From the NCBI GenBank assembly GCA_043803805.1, contig JAZDJP010000040.1:1-23350 (forward strand): DNA of 23,350 bases. The letters run 5' to 3'. This DNA comes from Planctomycetota bacterium (GTDB lineage: Bacteria > Planctomycetota > JAZDJP01). A model generated the notes under the pieces. That model saw only the letters and a program-made list of their open reading frames with translations, had not been told where the DNA came from and made no database searches. A program made the position numbers and the translations under genes. Positions 1-6,921 of the stretch are shown in pieces (within the stretch, counting starts at the first letter, position 1; each line of letters starts with the position of its first letter).

Positions 1-67
1 GTTTGGCGGTGTCCAACGCTTGGCGTGCGAGCGCTAAGGTTGACTTGGTGAAGGGAAGTCGAGGCAT

Positions 68-104
68 GGACGATCTCCTATAGTTGTCTCTATAAAGATC
101 GTCC
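68..104. other. Inverted repeat/hairpin: GGACGATCT (68-76) pairs with AGATCGTCC (96-104), with a 19-nt loop
   Basis: Exact 9-bp reverse-complementary arms read directly from the sequence; no T-tract follows on either strand. Confidence 0.25.
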
Positions 105-181
105 AATTTGCCTGTTGTCGGGAGGGGTTTTCAACGGAGCAGGCATTCGGCATTTCATGATCCCTATTCCCCCATTCCCTC

Positions 182-253
182 CCCGACTCCCAGACTCCGA
201 GACTCTTGGACTCCAAGACTCGGAGACTCTCTGACTCGCCGACTCGCTGACTT
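182..253. repeat. Tandem array of 8-bp units NNNGACTC: 8 perfect GACTC cores at 185,193,201,209,217,225,233,241 plus one degenerate unit (GACTT at 249)
   Basis: Strict 8-bp phasing of the GACTC pentamer read directly from the sequence; related arrays at 4796-4838 and 7954-8095. Confidence 0.9.
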
Positions 254-268
254 CCCATTCCACATTCA

Positions 269-845
269 TCATTTCCCCACGCCCACTCCCTTCCGGTACG
301 CCTCCCGCGCCCCGGCGGCGTCCCCGAGGAGTTCCCGGATCCGGCCAATTAAAATAAAACCCTCCGCATCCTCTCCCGCCCGGGCCATTTCCTCCCGGAG
401 CCGGGCATCGAGCGCCGCGAGGATCTTCCGATCGTCGTCGGTCACCGCCGGATCGCCGCGCATCCCCCGGGTGGCAAGGAACACCTCCACGTCCCGGCAG
501 GCCCGGTGCACCCCTTCCAGTTGCTCCAGCCGCGCCGCGCGTTCGAGCGTCCGCCAGAGCCGGGGGACAAACATCCCCGCCATGATCCCCGACGTGAGGA
601 GCACCGCCAGGGTGAACGCCGCCACGTCGCGGTTCCGGGTGAGGCGCTTGCGCAGAATGTACCACACCGACGGCGGCCGGGCGTGGATGGGCTCCCGCCG
701 GCAATTCCGGGGACACCATACTCAATTCGGATTCCGCCGCCTCCGGCGTCCCGGACGGGGCGACCGGGTTTGCCCCCGCCGCCCCCTCGCGCAGGAACCG
801 CGCGAGGGCTTCGGATGTCGAATAATTGAGCCGCGTGTCGGACAT
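269..845 (-). CDS. Putative ECF anti-sigma factor-like membrane protein that appears split across two reading frames (N-terminal segment 722-845 in one frame, TM plus periplasmic part 269-721 in another), suggesting a frameshift or sequencing error
   Basis: Lies immediately downstream of the ECF sigma gene on the same strand. The ATG at 845 gives MSDTRLNYSTSEALARFLREG... with high GC3 for about 45 codons. The frame ending at 269 has very high GC3 and encodes a TM helix (VAAFTLAVLLTSGIMAGMFV) plus an 80-aa charged domain. A G4 run near 708-711 is a plausible slip site. Confidence 0.4.
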
Positions 846-935
846 GACATCACTCCCCGATTACGCCGATTCCCGAAACGATTACCCCGTCGGATTCCAT
901 TTTCCCCCGGCGCAATCGCCCTTCCGCCGGCGCCA

Positions 936-1682
936 TCACCCTCCCGAAAGCAACTCGTTCATCTCACGTTCCACGTCCTCATTGGAGTCTACGGACTCGC
1001 GCACCACCCGGCGAACCTCCCGCCGAAGTTCCCCCCGCACCTGGTGAAGGCCGTTGCGGACGTCGCTCTCGGAAATCCCCAGTTCCTTCGCCATCGCCGC
1101 GTAGGTCGCCGGCGAATCCCCCTCCGCGATCGCCCCGACAAACAACCGGAAAATCCCCCGATGCCGCCGCCGGCCCTCCCGCTCCAACGCCGCCGCGAGG
1201 CGCCCGCAGGCCGTCTCGAGAACCGTCCGGCGCCATTCCCGGTCGAAGGCCTCGTCGGGGGCCGGGGCATCCGGGTCCGCGACGAGGGGCTCGACCGCCT
1301 CCACGTCGAGCGCGGAGAATCCCCCGGCGGGCATTCGTTTTTGCGCCCGTCGGGCCCGCCAGACATCCGTCATGTAGTTCTTCAGCGCCGTACGCAGGTA
1401 GGCCCGGAAGGACCGGCACTCGGCGTCCACGGCGCGCGGGAACTCGTGCTCGAGGAGCCGGGCGAAAAAATCCTGGACGGCGTCCTTGGCGTCCTCCACG
1501 GACAGCCGCCACGTCCGGCGCAAATGAATGTACGCCGGCTTCCAGTAGGCCCCGATGAGCCGTTCGAGGGAGGCCCGGCGGGTGGCCGCCGTGCCGTCCC
1601 GGGCGCTCCGGATGGCGGTCCAGGGGGTGTCGGGGAATTCCCGCGCGTTCCCGCCGAGGGTGGTGTCCTTGGATATGGCCAT
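936..1682 (-). CDS. ECF-type (extracytoplasmic function) RNA polymerase sigma-70 family factor
   Basis: 248-aa ORF with region-2-like DAVQDFFARLLEH and a C-terminal region-4 HTH (ATYAAMAKELGISESDVRNGLHQVRGELRR); the N-terminal TPWTAIRSARDG motif is typical of PVC ECF sigmas. Confidence 0.85.
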   Translation of the reverse strand: MAISKDTTLGGNAREFPDTPWTAIRSARDGTAATRRASLERLIGAYWKPAYIHLRRTWRLSVEDAKDAVQDFFARLLEHEFPRAVDAECRSFRAYLRTALKNYMTDVWRARRAQKRMPAGGFSALDVEAVEPLVADPDAPAPDEAFDREWRRTVLETACGRLAAALEREGRRRHRGIFRLFVGAIAEGDSPATYAAMAKELGISESDVRNGLHQVRGELRREVRRVVRESVDSNEDVEREMNELLSGG

Positions 1683-1820
1683 TTTCCGTAAAGAAGGACG
1701 AGAAATCCCTCCCGCTGTTTATCTGGAAATCCCCCGCCGGAAGGATTATACTCCGATTCCGGGATTTTCGAAAATCTTTAAAACGGACGATTGGTTTTCC
1801 CGTCAGGACCGGTGGAGGCG

Positions 1821-2636
1821 ATGCGCATCATGCGGCTACTCGATACCATCCTCGAACGAAACCGGACCGGAGGAACGGCCCCCCTCCCGGCGGGCGCCGG
1901 CCCCCTGGTCATTCTCTCCTGCATTGACCCGCGCCTGAACGACACCCTTCCCCGCGCCCTGGGCCTGGACGGGGAGGCATTCGTGTGGCTCAGGAACGCC
2001 GGGAACATCGTCACGGGACCGATGTCGAGCACCCTCCGGTCGCTCGCCCTCGCCTGCGCCGTGAAGGGCGGGAAGGAGATCGCCGTCGTCGGCCACACCG
2101 AATGCCGGGTGGCCAAAACCAGCGTCATGGCCCTCATGGACCGGTTCGGGACGCTGGGCATTCCCCGGACGAAACTCCCGGACGACCTCGTGACGTTCTT
2201 CGGCCTGTTCACCAGCGAACGCCAGAACGTCATCACCGCGGCGAAGACCATCCGCCAGAGCCCCCTCATCGGGACGAAAATTCCGGTCCACGGGCTTCTG
2301 CTGGACATCACGAGCAATCGCATCGAGTGGCTCGTGAACGGCTACGACGCGGCGTCCGCGACGGCGGTGTCCGTCGCCGCGACGGCGCCACCCGGGCCGC
2401 CACCCCTTCCCCGCACCGATGCCGAGACTGCGCCGATTGAAATGAAACCCGAAGAGGTGTTCCGTGTCGTCATGAAAGAGAAATTCAAGAACTCGGAGCA
2501 AGGTCTTTCCCCGAAGGAATATCTCCATCGGGTTGAAAAAAGCGGTTACAACGCGGGGAAGATCCCGGACAAGGGCGCACGGAACCCGAAAGGCAATAAA
2601 ACGCCCAACGGGATCGGCGCCGCACCCGGTCAATAG
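1821..2636 (+). CDS. Beta-class carbonic anhydrase family protein with atypical motifs (CIDPR, HTECR) and a roughly 90-aa Pro/Lys-rich C-terminal extension
   Basis: Cys-x-Asp-x-Arg (SCIDPRL) and His-x-x-Cys (GHTECRV) zinc-ligand pattern of beta-CA; N-terminus LLDTILERNRTGG resembles the beta-CA N-terminus; GGAGG at 1814-1818. The start could be the ATG at 1821 or at 1830. Confidence 0.7.
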   Translation: MRIMRLLDTILERNRTGGTAPLPAGAGPLVILSCIDPRLNDTLPRALGLDGEAFVWLRNAGNIVTGPMSSTLRSLALACAVKGGKEIAVVGHTECRVAKTSVMALMDRFGTLGIPRTKLPDDLVTFFGLFTSERQNVITAAKTIRQSPLIGTKIPVHGLLLDITSNRIEWLVNGYDAASATAVSVAATAPPGPPPLPRTDAETAPIEMKPEEVFRVVMKEKFKNSEQGLSPKEYLHRVEKSGYNAGKIPDKGARNPKGNKTPNGIGAAPGQ

Positions 2637-2645
2637 GAGGACATC

Positions 2646-3215
2646 ATGGAATGGCTCTACCTGTTTTTACTGCTCATCGGCCTGTTTTATGCGTTGATCG
2701 TCGGCGTCACCGGCGGCGTTTTCGGCGGCGACCACGGCGTCGGGATGGATGTGGATCACGACATCAGCGGCCATGTGGACACCGCGGCCGGGGCCGACCA
2801 CGGAACGGTGCACTTCTCCCCGTTCAGCCCGGTCATCCTTTCCATGTTTGTCGGCAGTTTCGGCGCGGCGGGGCTGATCGCCCAGAGATTCGTTTCCCCG
2901 TCCCTTCCCGTCCATCTCGCCATCGCGACGGGATCGGGAATTTTCATCGCGGCGCTGACCATGATCGTCTTCGGCAAACTCTTCAGCGTCACCCAGTCCT
3001 CCAGCCACTCCCGCCCCGGGGACCTCGTCAACCTGGAGGCCGAGGTGCTCACTCCCATCCCGGAGAATGGCCTGGGGAAGATCGCCTACGCCATCCGCGG
3101 GACGCGCCTCACGGCCTCGGCGCGATCGGAAAGCGGGAAGGCCATCCCCGCCAACGCGAGCGTGAAGGTCAAAAAAATCGCCGGCGACATCTTTTTCGTG
3201 GAATTGGTTTCGTGA
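2646..3215 (+). CDS. NfeD-like membrane protein (stomatin/flotillin operon partner) with a C-terminal OB-fold domain
   Basis: Hydrophobic N-terminal TM segments followed by a C-terminal beta-rich segment (GKIAYAIRGTRLTASARSESGKAIPANASVKVKKIAGDIFFVE) typical of short NfeD/YuaF. SD AGGAGGA lies 4 nt upstream of the ATG, and the gene is directly followed by a flotillin gene. Confidence 0.75.
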   Translation: MEWLYLFLLLIGLFYALIVGVTGGVFGGDHGVGMDVDHDISGHVDTAAGADHGTVHFSPFSPVILSMFVGSFGAAGLIAQRFVSPSLPVHLAIATGSGIFIAALTMIVFGKLFSVTQSSSHSRPGDLVNLEAEVLTPIPENGLGKIAYAIRGTRLTASARSESGKAIPANASVKVKKIAGDIFFVELVS

Positions 3216-3241
3216 TGAAAATTTTATAAGGAGACATGTCC

Positions 3242-4720
3242 ATGGGTCCCATCCCTTTCCTGCCGCTGGCGGAAATTTCCGGCGGCCACGTGGTGCTGGC
3301 CGCCCTCGCGGTGGTCGTCATCTTCTTCATCCTCATGACGGTCCTCCTCAAACGCTACATCAAGGTGGGACCGAATGAGGCCCTCATCATCTCGGGCCGC
3401 AAGCACACCTACTCCGGCCACAAGGGGGAGGATATCGCCGTCGGCTTCCGGATCGTGAAGGGCGGCGGGACGTTCGTCTGGCCCTTCATCGAAAAGGTGG
3501 ACATCCTCTCGATGGAACTCCTCACCCTCGACGTCAAACTCGAGGACGTGTACACCATCACGGGAGTCCCGGTGTACGTGGACGGCGTGGCCCAGATCAA
3601 GGTCAAGGGGGACGAAATCTCCATCGCGACCGCGTCGGAACAATTCCTTGGCAAAGACCAGGGCGAGATCATGCAGATCGCCCTCCAGACGGTGGAGGGG
3701 CATCTCCGGGCCATCGTCGGGACGCTGACCGTCGAGGAAATTTACAAGAACAGGGAAATGTTCTCCCAGAAGGTCCAGGAGGTGGCCGCCGGGGACCTCG
3801 CCAACATGGGGCTCACGGTGGTGTCGTTCACGCTGCGCGAGATCAAGGACAAACAGGGGTACCTCGACGCCTTGGGCCGGCCGCGCATCGCCCAGGTGAA
3901 GCGCGACGCGACCATCGCGGAGGCCGAGGCCTCGCGGGACGCCACCATCAAGAGCGCGCAGGCCAACCAGGAGGCCCAGCAGGCCAAGTTCGGGGCCGAG
4001 ACCAGGATCGCCGAGGCCAACCAGAGTTACGAGGTGAAAAAGGCCGAATATCAGGTCAACATCAACTGCCGGAAGGCCGATTCTGACCTGGCCTATGATT
4101 TGGAACGGTACAAGGTCGCCCAGCAGGTCAAGGCGGAGGAGATCAAAGTCCAGGTGATCGAACGCGAGCAGATGATTGACATCCAGGAGAAGGAAATCTC
4201 CCGGAGGCAAAAAGAACTGGAAGCGACCATCCAGAAGCCCGCCGACGCCGAGCGGTACAAGATCGAGACGCTGGCCAACGCCCAGCGCTTCAAGTACCAA
4301 ACGGAAGCGGAAGGGCAGGCCCTGGCGACGAAGTCCATCGGGTTCGCCGAGGCCGACGCCTCCCGGGCCAAGGGCATCGCCGTCGCCGATGTCATCAAGG
4401 CCCAGGGGTTCTCGGAGGCCGAGGCGATGACGAAGAAGGCCGACGCCTGGAAGTGCTACAACGAGGCGGCGCTCGCGCAAATTATTGTGGAGAAACTCCC
4501 GGAGATCGTCCGGGCCGCCGCGGAACCCCTGGCGAAGACGGAAAAGATGATCGTCATCAACGCCGGGAGCGAAGGCGGCGGGGCGTCCAAGATCACCAAG
4601 GACGTCACCACCATCGTCAGCCAGGTGCCGCCGATCATCGAGGCGCTGACGGGCCTGAAACTCGAGGACCTCATCGCCAGACTGCCGGGGATGGGAAAGA
4701 AGGATGGGGAAAAGAAGTAG
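3242..4720 (+). CDS. Flotillin-like SPFH/band-7 domain protein (FloT/YuaG-like)
   Basis: N-terminal TM, an SPFH domain, then a long Ala/Glu/Gln-rich coiled-coil flotillin region (EAEASRDATIKSAQANQEAQQAKF...). SD AAGGAGA at 3228-3234. The ATG at 3242 is preferred over 3236 because of spacing. Confidence 0.85.
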   Translation: MGPIPFLPLAEISGGHVVLAALAVVVIFFILMTVLLKRYIKVGPNEALIISGRKHTYSGHKGEDIAVGFRIVKGGGTFVWPFIEKVDILSMELLTLDVKLEDVYTITGVPVYVDGVAQIKVKGDEISIATASEQFLGKDQGEIMQIALQTVEGHLRAIVGTLTVEEIYKNREMFSQKVQEVAAGDLANMGLTVVSFTLREIKDKQGYLDALGRPRIAQVKRDATIAEAEASRDATIKSAQANQEAQQAKFGAETRIAEANQSYEVKKAEYQVNINCRKADSDLAYDLERYKVAQQVKAEEIKVQVIEREQMIDIQEKEISRRQKELEATIQKPADAERYKIETLANAQRFKYQTEAEGQALATKSIGFAEADASRAKGIAVADVIKAQGFSEAEAMTKKADAWKCYNEAALAQIIVEKLPEIVRAAAEPLAKTEKMIVINAGSEGGGASKITKDVTTIVSQVPPIIEALTGLKLEDLIARLPGMGKKDGEKK

Positions 4721-4795
4721 TGCTGAGTACGAAGTTCTGAGTGCTGGGAACATCGTACAGGGGGGAGGGATAGTTGATAGTGAATAGTGGCCAGT

Positions 4796-4838
4796 AGGAA
4801 GTCGGCGAGTCCGCGAGTCGCCGAGTCGGAGAGTCGGC
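4796..4838. repeat. Tandem 8-bp NNNGAGTC array: GAGTC at 4807,4815,4823,4831 plus degenerate AAGTC at 4799, the opposite orientation to the 182-253 array
   Basis: Read directly from the sequence; followed by CTGAACT...TTTTCTGCGAG, a motif shared with the element at 8015-8049. Confidence 0.85.
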
Positions 4839-4941
4839 AACCTCTCCAACTCCTGAACTCACGAACTTTTCTGCGAGATGCGGACGACGAGGAACGAGCG
4901 ACGAATCGGGCCGGGACTGCCAACCGGCCCTTCTTCGTAAC

Positions 4942-5175
4942 GTGGGCCCCATGAACAAACACGATCCGATTGCCTTTGTCATCCACTTTTTCGGAGGGGC
5001 GATCCTCGGAGGAGGAATGGGGTTCATCCTCGCCTGGTTTGAAGTCTGGGCGAAATGGGTCCCCGGTTGGTTGCTCATCGTCGGAGGCGCGTCGTTTATC
5101 GGTTTCGCGGCAGGCCATGATCAGGAGGAATTTTGGAAGTCCCTGTGGTTGCCACGATGGTGGAGAGATTGGTAA
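4942..5175 (+). CDS. Hypothetical small membrane protein (77 aa, two predicted TM segments)
   Basis: ORF with two hydrophobic stretches (IAFVIHFFGGAILGGGMGFILAWF and WLLIVGGASFIGFAAG); no clear SD. Confidence 0.4.
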   Translation: MGPMNKHDPIAFVIHFFGGAILGGGMGFILAWFEVWAKWVPGWLLIVGGASFIGFAAGHDQEEFWKSLWLPRWWRDW

Positions 5176-5400
5176 TTGTCAGGATGATCTGAAGTGGGTT
5201 ATCGATCCCCCAATTCCGAATCATTCGACAATTGATCGGCGAATCCGTCGTGAGCCCCGACCTTCCGCTTTCCCGCCCGTGGTGCTACCTCACCCCAACG
5301 ATTGTCCTGGCGGCGTTGGTCGCACTGGTGCTGACGTGAGGATGATTCGATTACCGGGACCGATGACGAAAATCACCCGCGCGCGGACGGACGGGGGCGA

Positions 5401-5622
5401 TCATCCCGCCGGCCGGCGCCTCCGGAAACTGGCCGCGATCCACCCCCGGTTCAAAATCACATGAAGGACGATGCCGACGATCAACACCGTCCCGCCCCCC
5501 TCGTGCGCCGCCTCGAAAACATCCCGGGGCAGATTGTCCGCCAAATACCCCGACAGCGCCTGCGTCACGGTGAGCAGGGCCAGCGCCGGGTTCAGGATTT
5601 TCAGCATTGTGGCTGTGGTCAT
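5401..5622 (-). CDS. Hypothetical small membrane protein (73 aa)
   Basis: ATG (reverse complement at 5620-5622) preceded by a strong SD GGGAGGG with a 5-nt spacer; high GC3; one hydrophobic segment (GTVLIVGIVLHVIL). The upstream in-frame extension overlapping the palindrome was rejected. Confidence 0.5.
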   Translation of the reverse strand: MTTATMLKILNPALALLTVTQALSGYLADNLPRDVFEAAHEGGGTVLIVGIVLHVILNRGWIAASFRRRRPAG

Positions 5623-5640
5623 GATTTCCCTCCCAACAAT

Positions 5641-5669
5641 GCAGGGGCGGGTTTGAAACCCGCCCCTAC
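5641..5669. repeat. 29-nt near-perfect palindrome GCAGGGGCGGGTTTGAAACCCGCCCCTAC with a 14-bp GC-rich stem and one mismatch in the left arm; REP-like element or terminator
   Basis: Read directly from the sequence; overlaps the stop codon (5666-5668) of the ankyrin gene; belongs to the same family as 6874-6901 and 11702-11730. Confidence 0.8.
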
Positions 5670-6832
5670 TTCTCCAACATCCCGACAATCGCCGGATTCT
5701 TCATTTCCTTCGCCAGCTTCACCGCCGTCCTTCCCTGCATATCGCACAATTTTTTATCGGCTCCGTTTTTCAAAAGAAGTGCGACCATATCCCGGTTCCC
5801 CTCCCGCACGGCGATATGCAACGGCGTATCACCAGCGGAGTCCTTGAAACCAACCTCCTCTACTACTTCGTTGACACTCCGTTCGGCAATATCCAACCAC
5901 CCATGCCGAACCGCCTCGTGTAAAACCGTGGTTTTGCCGGATGGCGCCTTAATTTTCGGATGGTGGTTCAATAACACGTCCACGATGCGCCGATTCCCTT
6001 GAACGGACGCCATCAGGAGCGGCGTGAGTCCATTCCGGGAGGTCGCATTCACATCCACATTCTGTGATAACAGGTACTGGACGGAATCCAAATCCTCCAT
6101 GACAATCGCCACGTGCAAGGGGCGATATCCCTCCTCCCCCAAGGCCTCCGGGGATTTTTTCATGAAGTCCTTGCGATTCTCCATCCCAAGCGCCAGGGCG
6201 ACATGAACATCCGGACGCGCCCCGCGACTGACCAGAAATTCCAATATGGACTTGAGAGACTCCGCCTCCGTCAATCGTTCCTGTAACCATCGGGGAAGAT
6301 TCTCCCGTCCGACCTTCATCTCATCCATGATCTTCGGCATCACCCTGACAAAGCACGTCGAAGCTGCGTAATGAACTGCCGCGCTATTCGCCAGAGATAT
6401 GCCATGTCTGTCCATCTCATTAACATCCGCCCCGTGCCGGATCATCAACTCCACCATTTTGCGCGTGCCGGAAAGGACAGCACTGCGCATGGCCGAACCA
6501 AACGACTTGTCCCGCAAATCCGCCCCTTGGGAAATCAGCAACTCCGCGACTTCAGCATTGTCAGCGAGCATCGCCCAAAAAAGCAACGGGAACCCGTTTT
6601 CATCCCGTTCATTGATGAGGTCCGGATTATTTCGAATCAACTCCTTCAATCGAAGTATGTCATTCTTCTTCACAGCCTCCGCCATCTTCTGCACCGTCAC
6701 CATCCGGTCCATTTTCCGAATATCGTCCTGTTTTTTCCAATGTTGATACATCCAACAAACGGCGCATATCCCCATCAGCACCAGCAACAGGCACAACCGA
6801 AGCCGACGATAAAATTCAACGGTCGTAATCAT
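5666..6832 (-). CDS. Ankyrin-repeat protein with an N-terminal membrane anchor
   Basis: Multiple ANK repeats (e.g. GYRPLHVAIVMEDLDSVQYLLSQNVDVNATSRNGLTPLLMASVQGNRRIVDVLL and DSAGDTPLHIAVREGNRDMVALLLKNGADKK); N-terminal hydrophobic helix LRLCLLLVLMGICAVCWMY; GC content about 50%, against about 65% in neighbouring genes. Confidence 0.85.
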   Translation of the reverse strand: MITTVEFYRRLRLCLLLVLMGICAVCWMYQHWKKQDDIRKMDRMVTVQKMAEAVKKNDILRLKELIRNNPDLINERDENGFPLLFWAMLADNAEVAELLISQGADLRDKSFGSAMRSAVLSGTRKMVELMIRHGADVNEMDRHGISLANSAAVHYAASTCFVRVMPKIMDEMKVGRENLPRWLQERLTEAESLKSILEFLVSRGARPDVHVALALGMENRKDFMKKSPEALGEEGYRPLHVAIVMEDLDSVQYLLSQNVDVNATSRNGLTPLLMASVQGNRRIVDVLLNHHPKIKAPSGKTTVLHEAVRHGWLDIAERSVNEVVEEVGFKDSAGDTPLHIAVREGNRDMVALLLKNGADKKLCDMQGRTAVKLAKEMKNPAIVGMLEK

Positions 6833-6873
6833 GCTCTTCCCCAGGCGAATTCATTTCCTTCCGCAATCCACAT

Positions 6874-6901
6874 GTAGGGGCACGTTGCAACGTGCCCCTA
6901 C
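6874..6901. repeat. 28-nt perfect palindrome GTAGGGGCACGTTGCAACGTGCCCCTAC
   Basis: Exact self-reverse-complement read directly from the sequence. It lies between the ThyA-like stop (6922) and the ankyrin start (6832) and shares GTAGGGGC/GCCCCTAC termini with the other two palindromes. Confidence 0.8.
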
Positions 6902-6921
6902 GAATCCGGATGATTTCCGAA

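Noticed and set aside
182-253. Possibility that the 8-bp-unit arrays are CRISPR arrays
   Set aside because: The unit is only 8 bp with no alternating repeat/spacer structure of 25-40 bp, and no cas genes are nearby. The arrays are simple tandem repeats.
108-1691. 527-aa plus-strand ORF spanning the ECF sigma/anti-sigma locus
   Set aside because: It is antisense to two well-supported minus-strand genes, Arg/Pro/Ser-rich and low-complexity as is typical of GC-rich shadow frames, and its N-terminal part is a translation of the GACTC array (…TRRLADFP…).
3224-4849. 541-aa minus-strand ORF
   Set aside because: It is antisense to the flotillin gene, has a Leu/Gly/Asp/Arg-rich low-complexity composition, and its N-terminal region translates the GAGTC repeat. 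It is a shadow ORF.
5401-5688. Longer 95-aa version of the small minus-strand ORF starting at 5688
   Set aside because: The extra 22 codons run through the 5641-5669 palindrome and the ankyrin stop codon. The internal ATG at 5620-5622 has a near-perfect SD, so the shorter version was preferred.
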